Shown one piece after another: positions 39,234-49,935 of a stretch of DNA of 58,910 nucleotides (position 1 is its first letter; each line of letters opens with the position of its first letter). The stretch covers positions 1-58,910 of the forward strand of contig DIRM01000038.1 in the NCBI GenBank assembly GCA_002427545.1, read 5' to 3'. The notes beneath the pieces were generated by a model that did no database searches, had not been told where the DNA came from, and saw only the letters and a program-made list of their open reading frames with translations. Position numbers and translations under genes: made by a program. This DNA is from Mageeibacillus sp. UBA5436 (GTDB lineage Bacteria; Bacillota; Clostridia; Saccharofermentanales; DTU023).

Positions 39234-41258
39234 GTGGCAAAGGAAACATATTATATTACAACACCAATCTATTATCCAAGCGGACGCTTAACAATAGGTA
39301 ATTCATATACAACAGTTGCAGCAGATGCGATTGCGAGATATCAACGTTTGCGTGGAAAAGATGTTATGTTCTTAACGGGAACAGATGAGCATGGTCAAAA
39401 ATTACAGCAATCTGCAGAAAAAGCTGGTTTAGAACCTCAAGCCTATGTTGATGATATGGTTTCTGAAATTAAAAAATTATGGGAATTATTGAATATTTCA
39501 TATGATCAATTTATTCGAACAACGGATCCACAACATGTAGCTGCTGTGCAGAAAATATTTACCCAATTATATGAACAAGGCGATATCTATTTAGGCGAAT
39601 ACGAAGGTAATTATTGTACGCCTTGTGAATCTTTTTGGACTGATTCACAGCTTGTAGATGGTAATTGTCCTGATTGTGGTAGACCCGTTCAAAAGATGAA
39701 GGAAGAATCTTATTTTTTCCGCCTTTCAAAATATCAAGATGTTTTACTTGATCATATTGAAAAACATCCTGATTTTATTCAGCCAACGACACGGACAAAA
39801 GAGATGGTAAATAATTTCTTGAAACCAGGTTTAGAAGATTTGGCTGTTTCACGAACTTCATTTAATTGGGGTGTTCCTGTTCCTTTTAATGAAAAACATG
39901 TTATTTATGTGTGGTTTGATGCCGTTTGTAATTATTTGACAGCTTTAGGTTATCCTGAAAATACAGAAGCCGTTCAAAAATATTGGCCAGCAGATGTACA
40001 TTTAGTCGGTAAAGATATTGTGCGTTTCCATACGATTATTTGGCCAATTATTTTATTAGCTTTAGGCGTAGAATTACCCAAACAAGTTTTTGGACATGGT
40101 TGGTTATTGATGAAAGGTGGCAAATTATCCAAGTCTAAATTGAGTGGTACTCAAGAAAAATATATTGTTGATCCTGTTGTTTTGAGTGAATTATATGGTG
40201 TTGATGCCATTCGCTATTTCTTAATACGCGAAATAACTTTTGGCCAAGACGGTAATTATTCAAATGAAGCTTTACAATCACGCATTAATTCGGATTTAGC
40301 GAATGATTTAGGCAATCTATTATCGCGTACCATTAGTATGATTGATAAATACTTCCCAGACGGTTTACCTGAAAATTCAGAAAAAGATGCTCTAGACACT
40401 GAAATATATGAATTGGCGAATCAAGTCATTGAAAAAGTAGAAGAAGAGTTTGAACAATTACGCCTTTCAGATGCTTTAATAAATATTTGGAATTTAGTCA
40501 GTCGCTTAAATAAATACATTGATCAAACAACACCTTGGATTTTAGCTAAGGATGAAAAGCTCTTACCTCGTTTGGCAGAAGTACTTTATGTATTAGCAGA
40601 TAATTTGACCAAAATTGCTATCTTGATTGCATCCTTTATGCCAGACACAACAGATAAAATGTTCCAAGGTTTAGGCATTGATTTTAAATATAATGAAAAT
40701 TGTAATATAAATTGGGATATGGCAAAACAAGATAATTTATATACTCGTGGTATAAAAGTGAATAAAATAGCACCTCTCTTCCCGCGAATAGATGAAAAAG
40801 AAAGCCATGAGAAATTTTTGAAATTGAGTGAAGAGTTGGATAAGAAGCTCAATGTAGATAAAACTGCAAACTCAAAAGAAGATAAAAAAGAATCGACAAA
40901 GAAAATAGTTGAAGATTCTAATTTAGAGAAAGCTGAGGTTTCTTTTGATCAATTCTCTGCTATGGATTTAAGAGTTGGTAGAATTATTGAATGCGAAAAA
41001 GTTCCAAAAGCAGATAAACTTTTAAAGTTTAAAATTGATTTAGGCAAAGAAGAACGAATCATTATTTCGGGAATTGCTGAATACTATCAACCAGAAGATT
41101 TGATTGAAAAAAATATTGCTTTGATAGCAAATTTACCAAGCCGTAAAATTTTTGGGATTGAATCACATGGCATGCTTTTATCGGCGATTCAATCTGATGG
41201 ATCGCTTCGCTTATTAATATTAGATGATGAAATAGAGGCAGGTGCTGAAATTGGCTGA
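39234..41258 (+). CDS. metG: Methionine--tRNA ligase with C-terminal tRNA-binding domain
   Basis: YYITTPIYYPSG, GTDEHGQK, CTPC...CPDC knuckle, GKDIVRFH and KLSKS. GTG start 39234 after GGGGG. Confidence 0.96.
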   Translation: MAKETYYITTPIYYPSGRLTIGNSYTTVAADAIARYQRLRGKDVMFLTGTDEHGQKLQQSAEKAGLEPQAYVDDMVSEIKKLWELLNISYDQFIRTTDPQHVAAVQKIFTQLYEQGDIYLGEYEGNYCTPCESFWTDSQLVDGNCPDCGRPVQKMKEESYFFRLSKYQDVLLDHIEKHPDFIQPTTRTKEMVNNFLKPGLEDLAVSRTSFNWGVPVPFNEKHVIYVWFDAVCNYLTALGYPENTEAVQKYWPADVHLVGKDIVRFHTIIWPIILLALGVELPKQVFGHGWLLMKGGKLSKSKLSGTQEKYIVDPVVLSELYGVDAIRYFLIREITFGQDGNYSNEALQSRINSDLANDLGNLLSRTISMIDKYFPDGLPENSEKDALDTEIYELANQVIEKVEEEFEQLRLSDALINIWNLVSRLNKYIDQTTPWILAKDEKLLPRLAEVLYVLADNLTKIAILIASFMPDTTDKMFQGLGIDFKYNENCNINWDMAKQDNLYTRGIKVNKIAPLFPRIDEKESHEKFLKLSEELDKKLNVDKTANSKEDKKESTKKIVEDSNLEKAEVSFDQFSAMDLRVGRIIECEKVPKADKLLKFKIDLGKEERIIISGIAEYYQPEDLIEKNIALIANLPSRKIFGIESHGMLLSAIQSDGSLRLLILDDEIEAGAEIG

Positions 41259-42075
41259 AATGAAATGGTTTGATACACATTGTCATTTACAAGATGAGGC
41301 TTTTGAAAAAGACAGAAAACAAGTTTTTGACAGAGCTCAAGCTGCTAATGTAGAGTATATTTTACTCTCTACTTCTTTTATTGAAGATGCTAAAGAGGCA
41401 GCTAATCTTGCGCTACAATACGAAAATGTTTATTGCGCAATGGGTATTCATCCACAAGAAGCCAGTCGATGGGATACGAATTCAGCTGATAATTTAAAAA
41501 AGCTTTATCAACAGATTGGAAATAAAGCAAAAAAATTGGGTAGAGATAATCCAATTAAAGCAATAGGTGAAATAGGTTTAGATTATCATTGGGATAACGA
41601 CCCACATGAATTGCAAAAACTTGTTTATAAAGAACAAATACGATTAGCGCATGAGCTACAATTGCCAATTATTATTCATGAAAGAGATGCATTTCAAGAA
41701 AGCTATCATATTTTAAGATGGGCATATGATAATAATCTCTTAATGAAAGAAGCTGGTGTTTGTCATTGTTTTTCAGGTAGTTGGGAAAGTGCACAACAAT
41801 TAATAAAATTAGGATTCCTTATTGGTCTTGATGGACCGGTCACTTTTAAAAATGCTAGAAAAGCAAAAGAAATAGCAAGTAAAATAGATTTGAATAAATT
41901 GCTATTAGAAACAGATTCACCTTATTTAACACCAGAACCACATCGGGGTAAAAGAAATGAAAGTTCTTATATTCCATTTATAGGTCAAACGATTGCAGCA
42001 TTAAGAGAAGAGAAAATTGAAATGATTGCAAAACAAACTTTAGAAAATGGAAAAAGAGTTTTTTTAATTAAATGA
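41242..42075 (+). CDS. tatD: TatD-family hydrolase
   Basis: FDTHCHL, GIHP, IGEIGLDY, HCFSG and ETDSPYL. Exact start uncertain (41242-41260). Confidence 0.92.
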   Translation: MLKLAEMKWFDTHCHLQDEAFEKDRKQVFDRAQAANVEYILLSTSFIEDAKEAANLALQYENVYCAMGIHPQEASRWDTNSADNLKKLYQQIGNKAKKLGRDNPIKAIGEIGLDYHWDNDPHELQKLVYKEQIRLAHELQLPIIIHERDAFQESYHILRWAYDNNLLMKEAGVCHCFSGSWESAQQLIKLGFLIGLDGPVTFKNARKAKEIASKIDLNKLLLETDSPYLTPEPHRGKRNESSYIPFIGQTIAALREEKIEMIAKQTLENGKRVFLIK

Positions 42076-42139
42076 ATATAATTATGAGAAATAGAGCTTC
42101 TTATTCTCGATAAAAAAAGAAAGAATATAGGTCGAAAAG

Positions 42140-42520
42140 ATGGATACTGATAACAAAAACACTGATCAAACAAAAAAGGTAAAAGAGTATCATTTTGGTG
42201 ATCCTAATAAGGCTAAAAACAATAAAAACAAACAACAAAATACGCAACAAAATACACAACAAAATTCACAAAAAAATGCCAATAGAAATCACCAAAGAAA
42301 AAAGAATACGGCAGCAAAATCAAACACAGTTAATCAGAGCATGACAGAAAATCAATCGCAAAATAAAAAAAATGTGAAGAGAAATACTCGCAAAAAAAAT
42401 TACAAAAAGAAAAAATACAGTAGTGTACAAACAGCCGAAGACGTAAGAATAGACAATGAACATTTAGAAAAAGAAATTATATTAGATATTCAATCAATTA
42501 GACAAATCGAAATTGAATAA
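42140..42520 (+). CDS. Hypothetical protein: basic N/Q/K-rich low-complexity region with an acidic C-terminal helix
   Basis: 126-aa ORF with QQNT repeats and C-terminal AEDVRIDNEHLEKEIILDIQSIRQIEIE. Confidence 0.6.
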   Translation: MDTDNKNTDQTKKVKEYHFGDPNKAKNNKNKQQNTQQNTQQNSQKNANRNHQRKKNTAAKSNTVNQSMTENQSQNKKNVKRNTRKKNYKKKKYSSVQTAEDVRIDNEHLEKEIILDIQSIRQIEIE

Positions 42521-42655
42521 ATAAATAAAAAAATAAATGGATAAACAAAGTTTTAATTTCTATTGATAAGATTTTATCTGTTGAATATAATTTTAATTGA
42601 ACTTATAGTCTAATTGATAGGTTATTAGCAGTTTAATTGATACAAGGGCATATAT

Positions 42656-42684
42656 TTGACTTGAATACAATCAACTTGTATAAT
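42656..42684 (+). promoter_or_regulatory. sigma-A promoter of the rpmH operon
   Basis: TTGACT-17 nt-TATAAT. Confidence 0.75.
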
Positions 42685-42723
42685 CTTAAAGCTGAAGATT
42701 AAGACTTTGGGAGGTGATTAAAA

Positions 42724-42861
42724 ATGCCAAAAAGAACATATCAGCCCAAAAAACGCTACCGCAAAAGAGTACATGGCTTCCGCGCACGCATGAAAACTTC
42801 TGGAGGTAGAAGAGTTTTAAAGAACAGAAGAGCAAAAGGAAGAAAAAAACTCTCAGCATAA
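42724..42861 (+). CDS. rpmH: 50S ribosomal protein L34 (absent from the ORF track because it is short)
   Basis: [45 protein letters not shown]; RBS GGAGGTG. Confidence 0.97.
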   Translation: MPKRTYQPKKRYRKRVHGFRARMKTSGGRRVLKNRRAKGRKKLSA

Positions 42862-42974
42862 GACCAATTAGGTTGGTCTTTCTTCTTGTTATGCCTAAAA
42901 TTTTAATATTTTGTTCATCATTAATGAATGATTAATAAGTAAAAAAGACCAATTTTAATGGATAAGGATGCGGC

Positions 42975-43349
42975 ATGAAGCGAACAGAAATGCTTTGCAA
43001 GAACTATGAATTTGAAAGAGTTTTTCGTAAAGGAAATTATTACAATTCAAAATATTTGACGATTTATGTTCGGCCGCGTGTGGATGATCGTTTATTATTA
43101 GGGATAACTGTCTCTAAACAAGTAAAAGGCAGTGTTAAACGCAATCTTGTCAAAAGATGGCTGCGAGAAGTATATCGTAGTACTGAAGACGATATATGCT
43201 CAGGTTATGAAATCATTATGTATGGTAGATTAAAACCAGAATTAATGGATTATTATAAGCTGGCAAATGCTTGGCGAAAATTAATCAGAGAAGCTAATAT
43301 TTATTGTCCGAAGGTTGTAGAAGATTCTACTGACGGGCCATCTATATAA
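42975..43349 (+). CDS. rnpA: Ribonuclease P protein component
   Basis: EFERVFRKG, GITVSK and SVKRNLVKRWLRE; directly follows rpmH. Confidence 0.92.
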   Translation: MKRTEMLCKNYEFERVFRKGNYYNSKYLTIYVRPRVDDRLLLGITVSKQVKGSVKRNLVKRWLREVYRSTEDDICSGYEIIMYGRLKPELMDYYKLANAWRKLIREANIYCPKVVEDSTDGPSI

Positions 43350-43386
43350 GAGTAACCCAAATGAATGATTGATAAATTGATAACTT

Positions 43387-43617
43387 ATGTTGAGTAAATT
43401 GGCAATTAAATTGATACGTTATTATCAGACCAATATCTCTGCCTATACGCCGCCTACTTGTAAATACTATCCTACCTGTTCGGAATATGCTATAGGAGCA
43501 ATTCAAAACTGGGGGTTTTTAAGAGGCACATTATTAGCTATTTGGCGAATTTTACGATGTAATCCGTTTTCTAAAGGCGGATATGATCCAGTACCGCAGC
43601 CAAAGAAGAAATTTTAA
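43387..43617 (+). CDS. yidD: Membrane protein insertion efficiency factor
   Basis: [10 protein letters not shown] and [17 protein letters not shown]. Confidence 0.95.
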   Translation: MLSKLAIKLIRYYQTNISAYTPPTCKYYPTCSEYAIGAIQNWGFLRGTLLAIWRILRCNPFSKGGYDPVPQPKKKF

Positions 43618-43628
43618 GGAGCATATCG

Positions 43629-44621
43629 ATGCCTACAATACCTGTTATGATGGGGCTAATGGATCCATTATATAATTTATTTGGTTGGATCTTAAGTAAA
43701 ATGTATCTATGGATAGAAGATTATGGTTTGGTTATCATTGTCTTTACCATTTTTATCAATGTTATTCTTTTGCCATTCAGTATAAAATCGCAAAAGGGAA
43801 TGTTAAAACAACAAGGTTTGCAAGATGAGATTAATGAGATAAAAAGACAATTTCCAGACGATCCACAAACGCAACAACAATTACAGCAAGAACTTTTTCA
43901 AAAAAATGGAATTTCCATGACCTCAGGTTGTTTGCCCTCATTTTTAAGATTGTTTTTGATTCTCCCAGTTTTTAGAATATTCCAAAAACCTTTGCAATAT
44001 ATTGGCGGTGTTTCAGCAGATAATATTACTAAAATAAGTGATTATCTAGTTAATAGAAACTTATTAACTGATCAGAATGTAAAAATGTTAGCAAGATCGG
44101 ATATTCAAATTATTTCTGCTTTACAAGACAATGCTAGTGCTTTAGGAACAGCTGTAGAAAAAGGTTGGATTAAATTAAATCAATTAATTGATTTGGATTT
44201 TCTTGGTATTAATTTAGGTAGAACTCCATCTTGGCGTCCATCTGATATTTTTGGCGCAGAAAGCCGTGTTTATTTACCATTGTTAATTTTACCAGTTTTG
44301 ACTATTGTTGCGATGATTATCCAAATGAAGTTAACGACTAAAATTTCACAGGCGAAAGTTGTAGACAAAGAAGAAGTTGAAAGAGCCAAGAAAAACCCTG
44401 CGAGGAGTCAACAAGTACAAGGAAATCAAGGCACAGAAGGTATGATGAAGAGCATGAATATTATGATGATTGTTCTGATGGTCACGACTGTTTTTGCTTT
44501 GCCTTCAGCGATGGGTATTTATTGGGTAATGAATTCAGTTATGAGCATTGCACAATCCCTATTTCTTTATTATTTTTATACAAAACCTTTCCGTAAAGCC
44601 TTAGGGAATCTTGAACAATAA
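43629..44621 (+). CDS. yidC: YidC/Oxa1 membrane protein insertase
   Basis: YGLVIIVFTI, GCLP and PSAMGIYW; conserved synteny. Confidence 0.9.
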   Translation: MPTIPVMMGLMDPLYNLFGWILSKMYLWIEDYGLVIIVFTIFINVILLPFSIKSQKGMLKQQGLQDEINEIKRQFPDDPQTQQQLQQELFQKNGISMTSGCLPSFLRLFLILPVFRIFQKPLQYIGGVSADNITKISDYLVNRNLLTDQNVKMLARSDIQIISALQDNASALGTAVEKGWIKLNQLIDLDFLGINLGRTPSWRPSDIFGAESRVYLPLLILPVLTIVAMIIQMKLTTKISQAKVVDKEEVERAKKNPARSQQVQGNQGTEGMMKSMNIMMIVLMVTTVFALPSAMGIYWVMNSVMSIAQSLFLYYFYTKPFRKALGNLEQ

Positions 44622-44668
44622 TTTTAAGCGTTTGAACAGTTAACGCTAATCATATAAAGGAGAATGTA

Positions 44669-45421
44669 ATGACAAAAACAGTAGAAGTTTCGGCGCGCAG
44701 TGTAGAAGATGCGATACAAAAAGGATTGCTGGAACTCGGGATTGAAGAAAACGAAGCGAGTATAGAAGTTATTAATGAAGGCGATAGTGGCGGACTTTTT
44801 GGATTTGGTAGAAAAGATGCTGTAGTACGTATTTCCACTGAACAAGATAATGAATTTGAAGAAGAAGAAACGACAGAAGACTCTGATAAAGAGGATGTTA
44901 AATTAGAGCAGAATAAAGAAAAAAATAATAGCTCAGAAACGGTTACTCTGTCAGTTGAAGAACAAGAAGAAGTCGAATCTCAGGCAGTTGAATTTGTTGC
45001 AAAAGTTATGCAAAGTTTGGATATACATGGAAAAATGTCATCTTATTTTGATGAACATAGTGTTTTACATTTAAATGTGATTGGTGATGATCTTGGTGCT
45101 GCTATTGGTCGACGTGGTGAAACTTTAGATGCATTAGAGTATTTGACGATTTTAGCTGTTAATAAAAATCGAGAATCCTATGTTCGTGTCTCTTTAGATG
45201 TTGGTGGATATCGTGAGCGACGTATTAAAAGTGTAACGCAGCAAGCTAGAAGATCAGCTGAACGCGTTATTCAAACAGATAGAAAATATACAATGAAACC
45301 GATGACTTCGGCAGAACGAAGACAAGTTCACATTGCTTTACAAGATTATTCTGGTGTTCGTACGAATAGCGAAGGTAGAGAACCAGACCGCTCAGTGGTT
45401 ATTTATCCCTCAAATGATTAA
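44669..45421 (+). CDS. jag: Jag/KhpB/EloR RNA-binding protein (Jag_N, KH, R3H)
   Basis: GLFGFG, IGRRGETLDAL and ERRQVH. Confidence 0.93.
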   Translation: MTKTVEVSARSVEDAIQKGLLELGIEENEASIEVINEGDSGGLFGFGRKDAVVRISTEQDNEFEEEETTEDSDKEDVKLEQNKEKNNSSETVTLSVEEQEEVESQAVEFVAKVMQSLDIHGKMSSYFDEHSVLHLNVIGDDLGAAIGRRGETLDALEYLTILAVNKNRESYVRVSLDVGGYRERRIKSVTQQARRSAERVIQTDRKYTMKPMTSAERRQVHIALQDYSGVRTNSEGREPDRSVVIYPSND

Positions 45422-45426
45422 AAATT

Positions 45427-46881
45427 ATGAAAACAAATTTTGAAAATAAGAATAATGAACAGATAATACACAATGATAAAGAAACAGCGGCAACAATAGC
45501 CGCTGTTTCTACACCAGCAGGTATTAGTGGTATTGCCGTGATTCGTTTAAGTGGGGATCAGGCAGGTTTCATTTGTGATCAACTCTTTCAACCAATGAAT
45601 AAAAATTTTAAAAAACCAAGTCAAATGCAGGCTTATACTGTAGGAGTTGGTTATTGGCATGCTTATCAAAAAAAGGAAATTATAGATCAAATAGTTTTAA
45701 CTTTTTTCAAAGCTCCACATTCTTATACTGGTGAGGATGTTTATGAAATTTCTTGCCATGGTGGCCAATATATAAGAGAAGCAATATTACAAAGCTTATT
45801 TGAAGCAGGTGCTGAACCAGCGGGACCCGGTGAGTTTTCTAAACGTGCATTTATTAATGGAAAATTAAATTTGACAGAAGCCGAAGCTGTTATGGATATG
45901 ATTTCAGCCGAATCTAGTCGTCAAAATCAAGTTGCTTTGCAACAATTAAGGGGTAATCTATCAAAACAAATCGATAAATTAAGAGATCAATTATATAAAG
46001 TCATTGCTCAAATTGAAATGATTATTGAATTTCCTGAAAATGAAGATTCTCCTGAAAAACGCCAAATGATTGCAAATCGTTTAAGTGAAATAAATGATGT
46101 ATTACAACAAGCTATTGCTAGCTTTACGCATGGCCGCATTATTAGAGAGGGCTTTCAAGTAGTCATTGCTGGACAGCCCAATGTGGGAAAATCTTCTTTG
46201 CTCAATTGTTTACTTGGCGAAGATAGAGCCATTGTCACATCTGAAGCTGGTACAACTCGCGATATTGTCGATGCCCAATTGATTATTGATGGTTTATCCA
46301 TTCATTTAACAGATACAGCAGGATTACGATTGACAGAAAACATAGTTGAAAAAGAAGGCATAAACCGAGCCTATCAAGCATTAGAGAAAGCAGATCTTAT
46401 TTTTTATGTTTTTTCACCAGAAAATCCAAACACTTGGCAACAAGATCTGGAAGAAATCAAAACTTTATTAAATCAAAATAAAAATATTACAATCATTGCA
46501 GGAAAACGTGATTTACAAGAACATCAAGAATTATCGACTTTTTTAGATCGTCATATTGATAATTTGGATATTCTTGATTTTTCTGCTTTTGATGATCAAG
46601 CGGATTTGTCTATTAAAAAATATATTTTGCAAACTTTTGAAAAATTTGGAAAAACAGAAAGTGATGCGATTCTTATCACTCATTTAAGACATCGCAATAT
46701 TCTAGAAAAAACTTTTTCGCATATTCAAGAGGCAGAACAGGCATTTGAAAATCAAATTCCTTTAGATATCATATCAGGACTTTTACAAGCATCGGCTGAA
46801 AACTTAGCTGAGATAACGGGAGATCAAGTTTCAGAAGAGTTAATAGACACCATCTTTTCTGAATTTTGTGTTGGTAAATAA
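45427..46881 (+). CDS. mnmE: tRNA modification GTPase
   Basis: SYTGED, GQPNVGKSSL, GTTRD, DTAG and FCVGK. Confidence 0.96.
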   Translation: MKTNFENKNNEQIIHNDKETAATIAAVSTPAGISGIAVIRLSGDQAGFICDQLFQPMNKNFKKPSQMQAYTVGVGYWHAYQKKEIIDQIVLTFFKAPHSYTGEDVYEISCHGGQYIREAILQSLFEAGAEPAGPGEFSKRAFINGKLNLTEAEAVMDMISAESSRQNQVALQQLRGNLSKQIDKLRDQLYKVIAQIEMIIEFPENEDSPEKRQMIANRLSEINDVLQQAIASFTHGRIIREGFQVVIAGQPNVGKSSLLNCLLGEDRAIVTSEAGTTRDIVDAQLIIDGLSIHLTDTAGLRLTENIVEKEGINRAYQALEKADLIFYVFSPENPNTWQQDLEEIKTLLNQNKNITIIAGKRDLQEHQELSTFLDRHIDNLDILDFSAFDDQADLSIKKYILQTFEKFGKTESDAILITHLRHRNILEKTFSHIQEAEQAFENQIPLDIISGLLQASAENLAEITGDQVSEELIDTIFSEFCVGK

Positions 46882-46997
46882 TTGATGTAGAAAATATTAA
46901 TAATGTTTAGATATTTGCATCATAATATAAACAAAAACTTAACGAATAAAATATTAATAAACAGAAAAAACATCCAAGGCTTTAAAGAAAAATAATT

Positions 46998-48926
46998 ATG
47001 AAAAAAGAAAATTTGAAAGATAATACTTGGTTTGCCGGCAATTATGATGTTATTGTGATCGGTAGTGGACATGCTGGTGTTGAAGCTGCTTTTGCAGCGG
47101 CAAGATTAAATAAAAAAACGGCAATCTTTGCGATGACTTTAGAAAGCATTGCTAATCTACCATGCAATCCTAATATTGGCGGTACGGCAAAAGGTCAATT
47201 GGTACGCGAAATTGATGCTTTAGGCGGTGAAATGGGAAAAGCTGCTGATCAACAAACCATACAATTTCGTATGTTAAATTCTTCTAAAGGCCCAGCAGTT
47301 ATTTCGCCTCGAGCACAAATTGATCGAAAAGCTTATCAAGCAGAAATTAAAGAGCGTCTAGAAAAACAAGAAAATCTATTTTTAATACAATCAGAAATAG
47401 TAGATTTAATTTATCAAAATGATCAATCAGGTAAAACTCAAGTTGTTGGAGTCATTGCTAAAGATGGTATGTATTATTCTGCTCAAAAAGTAATTGTGGC
47501 AACAGGTACTTTTTTAAATAGCAAGATTATTATTGGCGATGCTGTCCTAGATAGTGGACCTGATGGTTTATCAGCTGCAATTGGTCTAAGTGATGCTTTA
47601 CGCGAATTAAAAATACCAATAAAGAGATTTAAGACAGGGACACCAGTTCGTGTAAATGCGAGGTCTTTAGATTTTTCTGAATGTGAAGCTCAAAGTTCGG
47701 ATGAGGTAATCTTGCCCTTTAGTTTTGAAAATGATGAAAATCCTAATTGGCAAATAAAAGCAGATTTACCTTGTTATATGACTTGGACAAGCAGTGAAAC
47801 AAAGAAACTTATACTTGATAATATTGACCGCTCACCTTTATTTAGCGGTGTTATCAAAGGTGTGGGACCGCGTTATTGTCCTTCACTTGAAGATAAATTT
47901 GTTAAGTTTCCAAAACATGAAACACATCATGTATTTTTAGAACCGACAGGCCTCAATACATTAGAATATTATGCTAATGGTTTATCTAGTTCTATGCCAC
48001 AAGATGTACAATATCAAATGTTAAAGACAATTAAAGGTTTAGAAAAAGCAGAAATAATGCGTATTGGTTATGCGATTGAATATGATTTAATCGAACCAAC
48101 GTCTTTACATTTATCTTTAGAGTCTCGTATAGTCGATAATATTTATTTTGCTGGCCAAATTAACGGTTCTTCTGGTTATGAAGAAGCCGCAGGCCAGGGC
48201 TTAATAGCAGGTATAAATGCAGCACGATCCATCGATCATTTAGAGCCCATTGTTTTAAAAAGATCGGATGCTTATATTGGCGTATTAATCGATGATCTTG
48301 TCACGAAAGGTACCGATGAACCTTATCGCATGATGACAAGTCGAGCGGAATATCGCTTGATTTTAAGACAAGATAATGCGGATCGCAGATTAACAGAACT
48401 GGGATATCAAATTGGTTTAATATCAGAAGAGAGATATGAAAAATTCCAAGCAAAAATATCAAGAATAGATCAAGAAATTTCACGATTAAAAGAAACACGC
48501 ATTCCATATCAAGGCGAATTGAGTGAAATTTTAAAACAAAAAAACTCTGCTATTAAAACAGGTAATGTTAGTCTAGCTGAATTAATTAAAAGACCTGAAA
48601 TACGTTATGCTGATTTAGCAAAAATTGATCCGCAAAGGCCTAAATTAAATTATGCGGATTCTTTTAGTGTAGAGGTCGAAATTAAATATGAAGGCTATAT
48701 TAATGTTGAAATGGAAAGAATTGAAAAATTCAAAAAATTAGAAAATAAAAAAATACCCAATGATTTTAATTTTCAAAAAATTTCAGGTTTGCGCAATGAA
48801 GCCAAATCAAAATTAGATCAAATTAGACCACTTTCTATTGGACAAGCAAGTCGGATCTCTGGTGTTTCTCCAGCCGATATTTCTGTTTTACTGGTAGCCA
48901 TAGAAGAGAGAAATCGCAAATCATAA
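46998..48926 (+). CDS. mnmG: tRNA uridine-5-carboxymethylaminomethyl modification enzyme
   Basis: GSGHAG, CNPNIGG, FKTGTP, GPRYCPS and EPYRMMTSRAEYRL. Confidence 0.97.
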   Translation: MKKENLKDNTWFAGNYDVIVIGSGHAGVEAAFAAARLNKKTAIFAMTLESIANLPCNPNIGGTAKGQLVREIDALGGEMGKAADQQTIQFRMLNSSKGPAVISPRAQIDRKAYQAEIKERLEKQENLFLIQSEIVDLIYQNDQSGKTQVVGVIAKDGMYYSAQKVIVATGTFLNSKIIIGDAVLDSGPDGLSAAIGLSDALRELKIPIKRFKTGTPVRVNARSLDFSECEAQSSDEVILPFSFENDENPNWQIKADLPCYMTWTSSETKKLILDNIDRSPLFSGVIKGVGPRYCPSLEDKFVKFPKHETHHVFLEPTGLNTLEYYANGLSSSMPQDVQYQMLKTIKGLEKAEIMRIGYAIEYDLIEPTSLHLSLESRIVDNIYFAGQINGSSGYEEAAGQGLIAGINAARSIDHLEPIVLKRSDAYIGVLIDDLVTKGTDEPYRMMTSRAEYRLILRQDNADRRLTELGYQIGLISEERYEKFQAKISRIDQEISRLKETRIPYQGELSEILKQKNSAIKTGNVSLAELIKRPEIRYADLAKIDPQRPKLNYADSFSVEVEIKYEGYINVEMERIEKFKKLENKKIPNDFNFQKISGLRNEAKSKLDQIRPLSIGQASRISGVSPADISVLLVAIEERNRKS

Positions 48927-48990
48927 ATTGATGATTTATTAAAAACTAAAAATACATAAGATCAGATTAATTAAAAGGAAACCGATTTAA

Positions 48991-49740
48991 ATGAAAGATG
49001 AACTCAAACAAACAGATGATTTACTAGGACTAAAAGCTGCTTTGGATAGAATTAAACAATATATTAATCCTAGTCTTTCTGAGCTGCAAGAAAAACAAGT
49101 TTTAACTTATTTTGTTCATCTTTTAGAAGTCAATCGTTATATGAATTTAACGGCGATCACAGATTATGATCAAATGATGGAATTACATCTCTTGGATAGT
49201 ATTTCTGTTTTACCATATTTGCCAATTGAAGAAAATCTTCAAATAATAGATATAGGGACTGGTGCAGGTTTACCGGGTTTACCTTTGAAAATCTTTAGAC
49301 CGGATTTTGTTTTAACCTTATTGGATGCAACAAAAAAACGCCTATCTTTTTTAGATGAATGTCTTCATTTAACAGGCCTTGAAGAGAAAGCAAAAACCTT
49401 ACATGGCAGAGCGGAAGAAATAAGCAGACAAAAAAAATATCGCGAATCTTATGATATTGCTATTGCTAGAGCAGTGGCTTCTTTAAACGTTTTAGTAGAG
49501 TTATGTTTACCATTGGTAAAATTAAATGGGTTCTTTATTGCTATGAAAGGCAATTCAACCCAAGAGATAAAAGAAGCAGAAAAAGCAATAGAATTATTAG
49601 GTGGGGATATTGCCGATGTTATTGATTTTCAATTACCGATAAGCAAAGCATCTCGTAGCTTGATTTTAATTCAAAAAATTGAAGAAACAAAACCTAAATA
49701 TCCAAGGCATGCCGCTAAAATTAAAAATATGCCTCTTTGA
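48991..49740 (+). CDS. rsmG: 16S rRNA m7G527 methyltransferase
   Basis: MNLTAI, HLLDS, DIGTGAGLPG and ARAVA. Confidence 0.95.
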   Translation: MKDELKQTDDLLGLKAALDRIKQYINPSLSELQEKQVLTYFVHLLEVNRYMNLTAITDYDQMMELHLLDSISVLPYLPIEENLQIIDIGTGAGLPGLPLKIFRPDFVLTLLDATKKRLSFLDECLHLTGLEEKAKTLHGRAEEISRQKKYRESYDIAIARAVASLNVLVELCLPLVKLNGFFIAMKGNSTQEIKEAEKAIELLGGDIADVIDFQLPISKASRSLILIQKIEETKPKYPRHAAKIKNMPL

Positions 49741-49935
49741 TTGTTGCATTCTTAACTCATTTTTTATGATTCAATATCATTTCTAACCAATAGATAACCA
49801 ATAGATTTTAATCATCTATTTAATTTGTGGTACCTTTTTATAATGGCTTCCATATCAAAAAGAGGCGTTTTACGTTATAATGTATATTATTATTAATAGT
49901 TAAGAGAACAAGAATTTTAGGAGGAATCAGCATTC

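Noticed and set aside
42521-42655. oriC/DnaA boxes upstream of rpmH
   Set aside because: Only 2-mismatch words such as AATGGATAA are present, with no dnaA and no switch in gene orientation.
49821-49875. GTGGTACC resembling a T-box core upstream of gyrA
   Set aside because: Lacks the GGTGGTACCGCG context, specifier stem and terminator, and the gene context is wrong.
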